A stretch of DNA of 63,241 nucleotides, counting the filler, from Reticulomyxa filosa (Eukaryota; Protista; Foraminifera): NCBI GenBank assembly GCA_000512085.1. It is 21 parts of 21 records of this genome, joined end to end, with 100 filler letters (N's around TTAATTAATTAA, not from the genome) between each part and the next. Parts side by side here need not be neighbours in the genome. Positions count along the whole stretch, not along the records: positions 24,957 to 29,636 come from ASPP01025948.1; positions 29,737 to 36,372 come from ASPP01020717.1; positions 36,473 to 38,975 come from ASPP01001882.1; 18 more parts are not named here. The stretch is one strand, 5' to 3'. Below are positions 24,857 through 38,491 of the stretch, piece by piece (the stretch's first letter is position 1; each line of letters opens with the position of its first letter). The position numbers were made by a program, and so were the translations under genes. The notes beneath the pieces were generated by a model. That model was not told the DNA's origin. It saw nothing but the letters and a program-made list of their open reading frames with translations, and did not search any database.

Positions 24857-26729
24857 NNNNNNNNNNNNNNNNNNNNNNNNNNNNNNNNNNNNNNNNNNNN
24901 TTAATTAATTAANNNNNNNNNNNNNNNNNNNNNNNNNNNNNNNNNNNNNNNNNNNNAAAAAAAAAAGTGGATCCACAAAAATAGCAATGAGACAAACAGT
25001 CTCATATGCTATAAAGAAAAAGAAGAAAAAAAAAGAAAATGGACCACTTAGAAAAGACATGTGGAAAAGAACCTGGGGAGTAAGGGACCCTGAAACCCAA
25101 GGTTCATATATGCATACATTTCTACATGCGTGCATGCAGGTCTGAGCATATTACTCAGATCTTGCATTTGTGGAATGGCATTCAAAAAGCCAACCGCACA
25201 ATGGGTGACAGCGTTGCGAGACCCATTTGTGGGAAAGAATGCCACCACCATCTCGCATGTTTGATACGACAAGAACACTAACAGTTATCTTTTCGTTTTT
25301 TTAGTTTACAATTATAATTACTGTTGTTTGATTTTGAGTGACTACTTTTTTTGATTGTGCATTTGTTGTCGATTGTTTTGATTTAATCAACCTTCATTTG
25401 TTGAGTGTCCATGATCACCCTTATTGTTGTGTGCTTATTTTAATTACTAATATCTCTTTTTGTAAAGAGCACTTTTTCATAATCAATGTTTTTAATAATA
25501 CTTTTTTTGTCGCGTGTCAAGAAGTTCCCGTTCGTCGATTGTGTCAAGAACTTAATGCTATTACATATGGAAAAAATTTGCGAAGAACTTGCTGCTTTGT
25601 TGTTTATTTTTGTGTGAAGAAGTGTCTTGTGTTTGTTATCATTCCCCTTTTTTTTTTTCTATCGCGTGTTGAACTTTTGTCATTCTTTTTTATCATTTTC
25701 TTGATCAAATGTCTCTATCGTTTTGTTTAAAAGTGCTCTTTACTTTATATTAATTGAATCAATTGAGAATATTTGAAAAGAAACAACTTAATATCATACA
25801 TATAATCTATCTTTATCAAATTCATATACTCAAATTGTGAAACAGTAGAAATTTGTGTATCATTCGATAAGTGCATTCTTAATAATTGGATTTCAATCTG
25901 AAATGAGATTGTCTTATGTAAAGTGTTTCATTCTTTTGGACATAAACATTTAGTTCAGGGCCACAAGGAAAGAGTTGGAGTTATTACTTTAAAAATAATT
26001 CAGAGATTAACATACAACATTCTTTTCCATTCGAAGGATAAGTTTTTTTTGTACACTAAAAAAAGAAAAGGGAACACATGGTTACATATTTACAATTATT
26101 ATATACAATCAATATCAACAAATCACAATACAGTCAAATTTATCACATTTCTGAGATATCAATTACAAAAAATTCCACACTTATTTTGACAGTATTATTA
26201 TATAAACATTTTTTCTTTATATTTTTCATTTCTTCATTTTCAAAAAGGCTAAAGAGCACAAATCTATTTCATAATTATTATTTTCTCTATGAAAAACAAT
26301 ATTTAACAACAATCAATGCTGTTTTTTCAAGTGAAAATTATGATGTTTGTGGATTGTTAATTGTCTGTTATTAAGTGAACCGTTTTAAATTTGATATTTG
26401 TTTTGTGTAAGTTTTATGATTTATTTTTCATAAGTACAACTATTTTAAAAAATATTTTTATTATCAAAAACGCACGATATTAAAAAATAGGCTGTTTGTA
26501 GCTTATGACTTGATACACAAACATATCCAATTAATATTCATAAATTCACTATCTTTAAATAACTTATTGTACAATTTAAACTATTTTTAAAAAGAGTTGA
26601 TTACAGAGTGGGATAGATATTTAATCAAAAACGTTGCAGCATTTTGCAATATGAATCCTTCCAAAAAATCGAGGAGGAGAAAGGGGGGGGAGAGGGAGGA
26701 AACAGTAAGGCTAATTGACGGGCCTTTCT

Positions 26730-28572
26730 ATGTCCACTCGAAGAGCAGCCCCTTCAAAGCTAGTGCGACATTTGTATCGAAGTTTGCTTCGGTATGGCAA
26801 AAGACTGGATGCGTCTCCGATCCACCGTAGTTTTTTAATAGTGCCGCGGTCGTACTACGAGAGCAAAAGCTTGGACCAGCGAGCGGATACGAAGGAAAAG
26901 GATGACAGCGACATCCGAATTGTGGAAGATTTGATTGACGAATTGAACAAAGGCCGATGGTACCGCCCCTCTGCAAGAGAGAGCAAGGAAGAGAGTCGTT
27001 CAATCACGACAAGAATCCGAGAGTACTTTCGAAGCGGGATCCGAACGCACGAGAAAGACAAGCCTTTGTATTCAATGGAATTAGGATTGTATGGTTTGAA
27101 GCTCTTGGCCAACGGTCACGATTGGTTGAAGACCTTTCTGGCATACGACACAAAGCTGTGGGAATGGGGAGGTGGTATCCGCAGCGAATACATGGACGAA
27201 GCAAGCGAAAGGATATGGAGCAGTCGAGGACAATGGACCAAAGTGTCGTGTTTGAACGAGAGCAAAGACGAGCAGTACTTGCAGAAGTTATATAAAATGA
27301 GATCTACGAAGGTGGTGAATCTGAGCGAGTTTAGTGGGCTCGAGAAAGGCATGCTGTTATGTTCGCATCCTATGGCGAGTCTGAATGGACGTGTGAATCG
27401 TCAGGTGATCTTCATCAGCGACGTCACGCCAAAGGCCGTTCGTGGGATCGTGTTGAACACTCCAGGTTTTGTATTCACAGCTCAGGACGATAACAACAAC
27501 AATAATAATAATAATAATGACAAAACGGAGGACTCTGTTTTGCAACATGGAGCCACTTCGACACGTCATATTGATCCGGCATGGACGTTGCGGAGTTGGT
27601 TGCAAGGAGAGTACAACTACGTCGGCGGACATGCAGTCAATCAATTGATTGTCGCATCGCTCCTCCACAATCAACCTGTGTTACTATCGCAGTTCCCAAT
27701 GGTCTCTACTCGCTTGGTCGCCACTCGCAATGTCTTCCTCACTCACATTACCAAAAACAATCTCGATGAAATCGTTCAATGTCTGCATCCTGCTCTTCAC
27801 AAAGGTCTCTCCACTTCTCCCATCACTGTCAAGGTCGTTCACAAAAACTGCGTGTGGGATACGTATACCTTGCTTTGTCAAATTCGACGTGGCGAATGGC
27901 TGGGTTAGGTGGTCAATCACACTCCATGTTTTTTTTTTTTTTTGACACTCTTGTTTTTATTATAACAAACACACAATAGCTATTAATAATTAATAATTAA
28001 AAGGGCCACTGATAATTAACGATGAATGTGAAATGGAGGCTTTACTCATGCTCTCTTGCTTTCATCCGCGCTTTGAAAGCGACTACAAACATCGAAAAAA
28101 ACCCGTCCCGGCAAAAAGTGAGTTGCAGTTTGCCACTGAATATAACCGCATTGTCTGGCAATGGGTTGTCAATAGTGTCGGTGGAGAGTACCGCAATATC
28201 TCATTGTTTCCCCATTCTTCTCTCCTTTGTTCCAAAACATCCTCTTTTCTGAGCGATGAGCTCTCGTCCTCGGTCTTCTTCCAGTTCAACAACGACAAGT
28301 CCTTGTCCTCGTCTCCACTTCAAACGAAACACGTCGACGATTCGGACAACGTTGAGCATATATCTACTCTTGCCGGTCATGATCACCGTGATACTAATTC
28401 TCCGCTTCAACGTCGACACGACGAAAAACAGTCTGACTCGTCCATAGCCAGTCAAACTCCTCCTCCAAAAAAAAAATCCAACGAAATAAAAACAAAAGAT
28501 ATCCACTACAAAAGTAATTTTGAAGTACCTTATTTTATTCTGATTTCTTATGCTATGGCATTCATTCTTTAA
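26730..28572 (+). CDS. AlgH/UPF0301 (DUF179)-like protein with N-terminal LYR-like motif
   Basis: N-terminal LVRHLYRSLLRYGKRL. DUF179-like blocks GMLLCSHP..RQVIFI..RGIVLNTP, YVGG, VW..LLCQIRRGEW and WQWVVNSVGGEY. Intron 27904..28003 joins the two ORFs in frame. Confidence 0.6.
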
Positions 28573-28781
28573 CAAACATCATAGTTTCAGGAACAAAACT
28601 CTTCCATTGAAAAGCTTTCCATCATTTTCAAAAAAAATAAATCTATATATAAATCACACTGTTGACGACGAAAAGGGGAAAAATGAAATTTTTTTAAAAA
28701 AACACGCGTAATCCTCAGCAAGTAGGAGAAAGTCTAAATATTTGATATTTCCTCTCTCTCTTTCTCTCCCTTGTCATAAAG

Positions 28782-29540
28782 ATGGGAGGAAGTGAATCAA
28801 TTGAACAAAAGGCAAAAGCAGCAACCCAAAAACTGCACACAGTTGCCCAAGAAGCGTACAAATCGATCAGCACAGCCGTGTCAAACTTTGCGGAAGAACG
28901 GTTGAAAGAGGGTTACCTAGACAATGAGCCGATGCTTTTTTCGGCAGGATACACGGACGAATGTCAAGTATGCCACGAAGAAAAGCCGATTTCGGATTTG
29001 TTATCATTGCAAAACTGTGGACATTTGATATGTCCGCAATGTCTGTTGAGCCATGTGCACGACGACATACACAACATTGCCAAATACCCATTGAAGTGTC
29101 CAGTGCTTCTGACCATGCATGAAATGGAGCCTAGTGACATTAATAAAAGACCGCAATCAGTGAAGACGAAGACAAAGATGAAAATAAATGGATCAGCAGA
29201 TCAAGATGAGAAAGAAGAAAAGTTGCTATTGGAATCAGTCCATGAAGCAAAAGAGGCCAATGATCGACCGAGACCTCCTCTTCTTCTTCTTCCTCCTCCT
29301 CCTCTTCTTCCTCTTCTTCCTCCTCCTCCTCTTCTTCCTCTTCTTCCTCCTCCTCCTCCTCCTCCTCCTCTTTTGCCACCACCTCCGCCGCCACGAGTCA
29401 GTTCTCCTGTCACTGCGCAGAAAGGCAAGGACGACGCAAAAGGCGAGCGAAAGTACGACGTTGAGACTGAAGAATGCAAACTTGTCGAGTCCTCCGATCA
29501 TAATAATGAAGTCAATCAATTGCTCTTTCGCCATGTGTTG
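28782..29540 (+). CDS. RING-finger (RBR RING1-like) protein with myristoylation motif and polyproline tract, 3'-partial
   Basis: MGGSES start; CQVC..CGHLICPQC..LKCP; P/L-rich tract from CCT/CTT repeats. End approximate. Confidence 0.7.
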
Positions 29541-29835
29541 CTTTTTCTCTCCCTTCTGACACACACATGTACACATATACATAAATATATATATATATAT
29601 ATATAAATATATAAATATATATATATATATATATATNNNNNNNNNNNNNNNNNNNNNNNNNNNNNNNNNNNNNNNNNNNNTTAATTAATTAANNNNNNNN
29701 NNNNNNNNNNNNNNNNNNNNNNNNNNNNNNNNNNNNACACACACACACACACAATGCATACATATGTATATTAATGTCTATGTATCAAAGACCCAATGTC
29801 CTTACAAAATATTGTTTCAAAACGAAAACAAATAC

Positions 29836-30310
29836 CTATCGACGAATTCGATGAAAGCCATTTGCGTGTCGTCTCTTAAACGCCGCCGAGTTTTGATGAT
29901 GCGAAGGTATCCACCTCTTCTGTGCTCGTAGCGCTGGGCCAGAACATTGAAACACTTTTCGAGAGTGAGTGGTTTTTCACAACGCATACGCATTTTGTGA
30001 TCTAATACAAATTTTCCTCTTTCCGTTGTTCTATCATATCTTATTTTACACGCCCATGTAACCATTGGCTCCACCCATGTTTTCAATCCTTCACAACGTC
30101 TCCAAGTTGTTTCAAGTCGCTCATGCTCAACCAGTACGTCTGTCAATTTTCTGTGTGTCTCGTCTATGTCTCGATATTCATTTTGACACAGCACAAAGAC
30201 ATAACAGGTACAACATACCTTAGATATTGATAACGCTCGGGTCTAGGAAGTCCCATTCGAATTCCATAGCGGACATCTTTGGGATTTTTTCGTCGGGAAA
30301 GCCTATTCAT
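29836..30310 (-). CDS. MRPL17: Mitochondrial ribosomal protein bL17, 3'-partial
   Basis: Exon 30219..30310, intron 30151..30218, then LVEHERLETT..LAQRYEHRRGGYLRIIK..RLRDDTQMAFIEFVD, the bL17 signature. Confidence 0.9.
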
Positions 30311-30559
30311 TTTTTATTGCTGCAATCAATGAAAGATTTGAACTTATCAAAATTTCCTGAAAATTGCTGTTAATTTCGTAGCCCTCTCTACGTTTAAATG
30401 GTTTTTTTTTAGTTAGTTAACCAAAAGTTTGCGTCACGTGAAAAATTGTATAAATTTGATTTATGCATTTGCCAAGTAATTTGCTTGATAAAAAGCTTTT
30501 TTACAAGTCCCCCGCTCTGTCTGCTTAGGCCAGTTGTTCGACGTTCAAATAAGTCGATA

Positions 30560-31669
30560 ATGGAGGTTGATCATGATAGCCAAAATGATGATTTTATACA
30601 ACCAAGCTTTCAACAACTAGAAACCGAATTGGTTACAGCACGTCCCGATTTGAAAGAACTACTGGCACAAAAATTTCGGCGGTTTCGTGATGAGTCAAAA
30701 GAGCTGCAAGAGATGTTGTCTCGCCGGACGTCGGAAATAATAGACCGTTACAATATCCAAGTAGAAGAGAGACTGTGCAACTGGGAAAAAGAGATAACAT
30801 CATTGGTGGAAGAGCAGTCTCTCGCATGCTCAAAAAACAACGACGAATTGTCCAGCAAGTTATACGTGGACAAAAATACCCAAACGGATATAATTGCAAT
30901 CAAGCATTTAGCGAGCGAAGTGCCGACCCCGGTCCTCGAATCAAAGAAGAACACACTGGAGACGACGGTGCCTCCAATTGACGAGCCACGCGAGCATGTA
31001 AGCCAAAAAGATGACGAAGCAAATATCTCCAACAAGCAACCCGATGTCAATAGCAACGCCAACGACTCTTTGAAAAAGACAGTCGTCACGCACACATTGG
31101 ACAATGATGAGTCTATTGCAACCAATCCGCAACACCATCATCTACGTACTACACCACCACCGCCTCCGCAGCACGCCAAGCAAAAGATAAACTATTTCAC
31201 GAACACGCAAAAACGAACCCCGAGAAAATCGCTTCGGAAATCGATGCATGGAAAGAAGCTTAGCTTTCGCGAGGACATTCAAGACAATTTAAAGAACAAA
31301 GGTAAGACAAGAACTGTTCTCACCATGAAGTTTCATGATCACGATGCCACTGTTAAAGATACAAAGCCACGGCTATTGGCAAATCAGCAATCGCATTTGT
31401 TGTTCACTTGTTTCGTAAATGGGCTTTTTTTTTTTTTTTCCCCTCTTTTGATTGATTGTTGCTTTTATGGAAAAGAAATGTTCAAAATTTAATACAAACT
31501 GACAGCACGCTTGAAACGTAGCAAAACACATCGATGTCCATATTGCTCCAAAAATTTGTATTCGGCAGATCAATTACACATCCATATCAAATCCTTACAT
31601 CAACAAGCGCAAATGAATGCAAATAATCATAGCCGTCAACAACAACATAAGTCTAATCCCACTGATTAA
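30560..31669 (+). CDS. Coiled-coil protein with C-terminal C2H2 zinc finger
   Basis: Exon 30560..31301, intron 31302..31505 (G|GTAAG..CTGACAG), last exon HRCPYCSKNLYSADQLHIHIKSLH (C-x2-C-x12-H-x4-H). The last exon is missed by the ORF track. Head-to-head with MRPL17, 249 bp apart. Confidence 0.7.
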
Positions 31670-32542
31670 ACACTGTCACTGTTTCGTTGTGTACGTTTTA
31701 AAAAGGTATATTTTTTGTTCTTTCCCCTTCCTCTCCCCTTCTGTTCCCTTTCGCTTCCTTTGTTCTTTTTCTCTTCCACACCTTTTTTTTCTCAGTCTTT
31801 TGTCTAGTTTTGCTCTCGGGTGTTTTGTTGGGAATGACAAGGATTTGCAAAGCACCCAGTGCATAGAAAGAGAGTAAATCTCTGGGACCGATCTACGTCC
31901 CCCCTTTTCGTCGAGTATTTTCCAAATGAAAAGTTCAATTTTGATATTCAATCTTCTATTTCTTATGGTCTTTTTGTTTTCAAGGTCTTTCCAACTAAAT
32001 GTTTCAACTAGCTGGTAACCGGATATAATTGACTATGATTTTTTTTTTATCCTCATTTTTCAATCGTAGGGTATGCTCATCTTCATTCGCATCCAAACAA
32101 ATTTTATCAAATCAGAGCAACAAGCAATTTTCAAATAAAATAGTACACTGTTAATATGTACTATTCGTCCTCTAAAAATAGTTTAATATGAGAAGGAGAA
32201 GAAAACGTTTTCTGGTAATATTGGAAAAAAATTTCACAAAGCATGAGTCAAATTACAATGACTAACAAGCAAGTATAACAGGTAAAATAGAACGAGAACA
32301 TGTCGTATTATTATACGGTGAAACCAATGAGCAAACATATAAAGAAAGGAAGTGATATTTTTTAAAAAAACTCTATACAGTCAATGACATAATGCAAATA
32401 ACAGAATGAAATGAACAATATTACCCGTTATAAATATATAGTTGTTGTTTAAGTTGGGTGTGCACGTTTTGATAGAAAAGATAAAAAGATGGATACTTTA
32501 AAAAAAAAATCGCGTTCTAAAAGAGACAATATTAAAAAAGAG

Positions 32543-33747
32543 TTAAATTGAAGTCGTCATGTCGTCTTCATCATTTTCATCTTCACGCACTTCTTCGTCT
32601 TCTTCTTCTTCTTCATCTCTAATGGGTTGATAATGAGATTTTCTTCCCAATTCCACAAGGGTGTGATCACAGAGGAAGTGACAAGCGCAACACATGCGAT
32701 GATATAGGTCATCATATTTGGCAAAAGAAAGAAAGATACAGCAGATATTTGCGACCGCATCCACGACCGACGCGAGATTGGACAAGAAATATATTGTGGT
32801 GTGTACATGTCTGTGTTTACTCAAGGCAATTCCAAACATGACCCCATCAATAGTGCCTATTATTGCGGACACCATGGTCAACACCGTCATTTTCGTCACT
32901 GTTTTTTCCATTTTCTTTATACGCTTCAATGACGCTTCGACTGATAATTGTGAGCCATGTGTGCCCCTTACCTGTGAAATATCTCCTTGTTGCAATCCAC
33001 TTATCTATGTACATATATAGATTTTTTTAAAAATAGTATTAGAGACATGTACGTCTGAACACATGTCAAAATGTCCATTGATTATTTTTTGTTCAATAAT
33101 CAAATTGCAATACCTTCAAAACTTTGCAAAAAAAAAAAAAAAAAAAAGGGGGAAGGGGGGGGTCAAGATAGTGAAGGGTACAGAAGTATATGTTATGTGT
33201 GCATATTATCAACTCGCAGCAATCCTCGACTGAACAATAAAGTGATGAATATGGAAATAAACGATACAAAGCCGACACTAATGAATGCCATTACCCAGGC
33301 TTCGCTGGTAATTAACGGCAATACTGTGGACAAGATAATTAACATAGCAACGTAAACAATCACCAGCGCATACAATGCCCTGTACAAAAAAGAGGAATAC
33401 GCATACGCAGTTTGCTTTAATGCGTCTTGCAATCGAACTATAAAGAAATATTCCATTGATAACACTGCACAAAAGTAAACATAGGTTTCCACATGATATT
33501 TTAAGAAATAGACTGTCTTGGAGGTCATTCTGCCCTTGCTATTCATAAAGTTCACCACTATAAACAACGGAAACAATCCTGTAAATAGTATTACTGCTGT
33601 TATCGAGAAGAAGCGCAGATACGGAGACATGGTCGGTGCGCATCCTATCTCTTTCACGAGGAGCACAACAATCACCAGTGCGATCGCGAAGAAAATACAA
33701 CAAATAATCCCTAAAATCAAGAATAGTGTGGTGAAAAGCTGGTCCAT
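32543..33747 (-). CDS. Seven-transmembrane GPCR-like receptor
   Basis: Five hydrophobic helices in exon 33214..33747 and two in exon 32543..33004 (intron 33005..33213, in frame). FIVRL ends TM3; a Cys-rich helix-8-like YHRMCCACH and acidic tail follow TM7. Confidence 0.7.
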
Positions 33748-34170
33748 TTTTTTTATTTCAAAAGAACAATCCCGTTTTCCGTTCCACAGAAGTGTCTTTT
33801 GTTAGTTTTTATGAGGTTTTAGTAAACTTATGATTAAAGAGGGTTTTTCACTACTTCTTGCGTTTGAGGATGTCTTCCAAGATTTGAGTCTTATTTTAAC
33901 GGAATAGAATACTTATGTTGAATAAGAAAAGTACTTTTTTTGAAATTGATATTTGCCATGAGTGTGGAATTAGAGTTGATTTTACTCGCTTTATGAAAAT
34001 GATTTGTTAGGGTTTTGGATATAACAGTTTTCTTTTTAAATATTTTTATGCTAAAAAAATGTCAAATAAAATGAAACTTGTCACAATTCCTAGAACAATC
34101 TATAATCTATACTAAAATTTCAAACAGTAAAGGTGTTTTTTTTTCCTTCCCCCTTTTTTTCCGTTTTGTT

Positions 34171-35353
34171 TCAATGATCGCCCTTGGACGGGCGTGAGAT
34201 AGAGAATTGTTGGGGTTGACAGTAGTCGCTAAGCGACAAGCCATCGCAAACGCAAGCGCGTGCACGGATGAGATAAGAGCAGTGTTGTTCCACATCACCG
34301 ACAAACAGCATGCTTTGTGTTTCGTCGTTGATCTCTCGGATCTGTTTCCAGCCAGTCTCGCCAATTTTTTTCATCTCCACGACAATAGTGCGATAGCGCT
34401 TCCAGACTTTTGGGAAGTTATCATTCACAATAATCTGGCACCCTTGTCCCTGTGGAGATACATGTAAATTGACAACGCCCGTTTCTAAAATGAACACATT
34501 TCTGGCCATTGTCTGTGCGATCGTGGTTGGAATACGTGTCATATTTTTTAATTGCACTTCCGAAGTCACCGACGATTCATTATGCCAATGTTTGTCATTA
34601 TCACTTGTTTCAATCTCGTTCAACAGCAGTTCCAGCTTTGTAAGTTTTTCACTTGGCTGTGATTCTGGCTCATTGATCAAGTTATTCATTTCCTCGACTT
34701 TTTTGTTATACCACTCTCCAATACGTGTCACCTCCTTCATTTGGTCTACCAGTGCCCCTTTTTTTAAATCTTTGTATTTCTCGATTTTTTCACCCATTTC
34801 GCTTTCAAACTTCTTTATTTCGTTTATTGCTTTTTGGCAACTTTCGCTCAATTTTTCTTTGCACACTTTCGTGTTGTCTTCTATGTCATTTATTTGCTGC
34901 TGGGCTTCGTCCAGAATTTTATTTATTGTCCTTTGCTTCTTGTACATTTTGTCCATTTTCAGGTGATCCTTCGAATTCAGTACCAACACTTGGGTCACTG
35001 TTGTGTTGTTACGCAGTTTCGCTTCAAACTCTTTGCACACTGTCGATTCCGGCACATTTCTTAATAATCTTATTATTCCCTCTCGTGCTGTCAGACTAAT
35101 CTCTGCTGCCTTGAAAATATCTCTTTTTTTATTTTTTTTTTGTTTTCAATTTTTTCGATTTTTTGGACTTTTTTTCTCCTCTTGGTGTACTTTCACAGAA
35201 CTCTATCCCTTTTTCGCGCCAACTCATTAGTTCTTGTTGACTCACGCCTATCTTCGTCAGCTGCTCGGCAATCAATGCAGCATCGCGAACATCATTTTGG
35301 ATGAGAAGTTTCTCTAAGCTTTCTCTATCCGTCACACTTGTTGTTCCTCCCAT
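34171..35353 (-). CDS. Myristoylated coiled-coil protein with C-terminal FN3-like domain
   Basis: MGGTTS start, one intron (~35120-35200, boundaries ambiguous), long heptad region, then GWKQI..VGDVEQHCSYLIRARA..SDY, an FN3-like pattern. Confidence 0.55.
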
Positions 35354-36130
35354 CTTATATTAATGAAATTAAAAAAAGGATCAAACGGAACTTCTTGATC
35401 AAACTTTCTTATGCGATTGCTTTGAGATTTGCAAGTTGATGATAATTAGAATACAGTAATAATGTACAACATACATATAACAACAATTTATAAAGAAATA
35501 AACTGAATACATACAGTATGTCTCATAAAATGTAAAATTTTTTGTTCCTTTTTTTTTTAATGTTTTTTTTGTTTTCAGTTGTTATTTTTGATAGTCATTT
35601 GCACATACGTTTTTTTTAAAGAATGCAAGGCGCATATTAGCAATAAACTAGCAAAATCAGTTTGGCTGTCTTATCCAAAAAGGACATAGCGCGCTAAAAA
35701 ATCAAAATAAAAAAAAGCAAATTGTCAAACACAGTATCTTACACTTATCATAGCAAATATAATTTAATGGATTAAGAAAACAATAATTAATTTAACAAAA
35801 ACTTAAAAAGAATTCAATATAGACAAGAGTAAAAGATTAAATGCAAATAATCATTGTAAGTACCACAATATGTGCTAGTATATGATGTAATGTATCTCAT
35901 CATGCTCTAGCATTTGTCACTATTTTATCTTCATTGAAAGAATTCGAAAAAAAGATAATTTAAATTAACAAAAAAAAGATTCTACAATGTGTGTAAAGTG
36001 CTTTGTTTTATTTTTTTAATAAGAATTTTTGCTCTTGATTTCTGCCAGCATCAGTGTGATCTTGGTTGATGCTGTAATCGTAGTGGAGATCAATCTAAAT
36101 ATTTTTTATTTCTGGATTGCTATATGCTGG

Positions 36131-36355
36131 TGTAGGGCAAGCCCTTATCACACATAGTTGAACTTGTATGGAACTGAGTAGCCCCTTTGGTTAAACTTCC
36201 TCAGTTAACTACTTCTTACTCACTTGTCTTTTCTTACTTTCCTTTTGTCATTAATTCTCTTTAATTTACTTTCCTTTTATTGACATTATTCTTTTGGAAC
36301 TAAGTTCCTTTCGTATTACATTTAGTGTAGATTCTCCACAGTAGACTCCCCACAC
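36131..36355 (-). repeat. Dispersed repeat family A, copy 1 (LTR-like TGTA..TACA core 36131..36320)
   Basis: Reverse complement aligns with 56141..56371: cactaa.tgtaatacga.agg / caaaaggaaagta / agtaagaagtag / tgaggaagtttaacc / cttgccctaca. Confidence 0.75.
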
Positions 36356-36472
36356 TGGGCTGCGCTTTTCATNNNNNNNNNNNNNNNNNNNNNNNNNNNN
36401 NNNNNNNNNNNNNNNNTTAATTAATTAANNNNNNNNNNNNNNNNNNNNNNNNNNNNNNNNNNNNNNNNNNNN

Positions 36473-36584
36473 TGTAGATATTTTTTTAAAAAATTAGGCC
36501 TGAATGTTGTTTTTTCATGTACAAAATCAATCATCTCTATAAGGCGCCGTTTTTGGTGTCAACTTTACTTTGCATTTTACTGTA
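36473..36584. mobile_element. Repeat family B: Tc1/mariner-like terminal inverted repeat end, copy 1
   Basis: Aligns with 43767..43887 and 50338..50378. All three end ..ctttgca....tactg|TA and diverge right after. Confidence 0.55.
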
Positions 36585-38491
36585 AAATATACATTTTAAA
36601 TGAAATATAAAAGTAACAAAGAGACTCTCCAGACAAATAAAATAACAAATGAAATGACAAAGCATAATTAGAAAAAGAAACACATTGAATTCAAACAAAA
36701 TAAATCAATAGATATAAATATTGTTTAATTAATGACAAAGCATTATTTGAGAAAAGTACTCTTGCATATATAACATATTTATGTGACTTTTTATATTCTT
36801 TTGTTGTTATGTCCAAATTCAAAAGATAAACAAAAGATCACTTGAAGAGACAATAGGAAATACCATTAAGAAATGAAAATCATAAAAGAAACGTCCACAA
36901 AGAATATTTGTATTCGTTTTATTGTGTTATGTGAAACAAATGTGATTCAAATAACAAATTTCACATTATTTCAAACATTTCAAAAAATATTTGATGTGAT
37001 ACAATTCGTTTTTGGGATATTTGATCAAATAAGAATCAATTGTATATGAAGATAACATATCTTAAATTTATAGAATTGAAAAAGAAAATCAAATGACAAT
37101 ATGTATAAAAACTGTGTTAAATTACACTTTTCGTTTCAACATCAAAGTTTCTTTTTTGTTTTAAACATTCTTCAAAAACTACAAAACACTATTTTCAAAT
37201 TTTTTGTTAAGCGTCTTTTTAAAATAACTTGTGATATTCTTGTTTTTATGGAAAAAGTAATTACATGTATTGTAAAAATCGTATTTTTGGCTTTTTTTTC
37301 CTATCCAAAAAAATTTTAAAGGTATGACATTGTTGTGTAATAGCGTAATTTTCATCGATTATATTGTCAATTATTTTTTCGATTTCAGAGATGGGCAATT
37401 CAAATTTTTTGAAGAAAAACAAATTGAATAAAATATGACAAGACAAAAACTGATATCATTGCTTGGGAATAAGAAAATAAAGTCAGAAGATGTGACATCA
37501 CTAAAATTAATTTTTTGTGTTTAAACACCAAAAAAATTACTTTTCTCCTCCCACATTCAAAGCCAACATAATTTTTTCTTTATCACAAAAGGTTCTATTT
37601 AAGAAAAGGAATAGTATTAGTCTTTTTTTTTTTGCAAATGAACCATAAAGTAGTATTTTGGAAATGCAAGATACACAACACTCTGTTAAAGCAAAGCTAC
37701 TTATCTTTTGGTGTCTTTTTTGTTTTATTAAGAATAGCAAAAAAATTTTTGAACAAAAAAAACAACTTTTTTTTAGTTTTACAAAATGGATAGATGTTGT
37801 TCTTTTTCAACCTGTTTACACTTAAGGGAGACTATTCCTATCCAATTATCATCTGTTCTTCCTTCTAAGAATAGCGCAATTATAGTCAAAACAGATATTA
37901 AAAAGTGTCTAAAGCAAAGAATCCTGCCGTTTGAGTAATAAAACGTGAGCAATTCAATTGTATATTCTCTTTTGTGTCTATTGAAGATTTCACACTGAAT
38001 TGATTTGTTCAAAATAATTTTCTACAGTTTTGTTAAAAACAATTAAAAAAGAAAAATTGAATTTTTAAAAAATTTTCTCTTTGAAGAACATCTGAACATC
38101 CAGCTTCAAAAAACAAACAAAGGATCAGTTGAACTAACTATTCAATTATTGGTTCAACAAATTTATCTGTTTGCAAATTATCCTTTAAAAAATAAAAATG
38201 ATTATATTCGTTTTGTTGTTTATGTTAAACAAATGTGATTTACAAACAAACATTTGATTCTGTAAAGAGCACAAGGATAATTGCTGATATACTTAAAAAG
38301 TTTTTGTTTTATGTAACTGTATATATTATTAATCTATTCTTGAATTTTTGCTTTCCAACAAATAAATAAATAAACAAAGTTGTCCAATAATGTTAATCAC
38401 TTTATAAAAATAGAGTTTTGTGTTATCCTTTTTTAAATACAACTTTTTTTTGGAGAAAAACTCTTTATCATAATAAAAAAAAGATTAGATA

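Noticed and set aside
29140-29582. Poly-E, poly-R/K and poly-G ORFs
   Set aside because: Alternative readings of the CCT/CTT microsatellite that encodes the polyproline tract.
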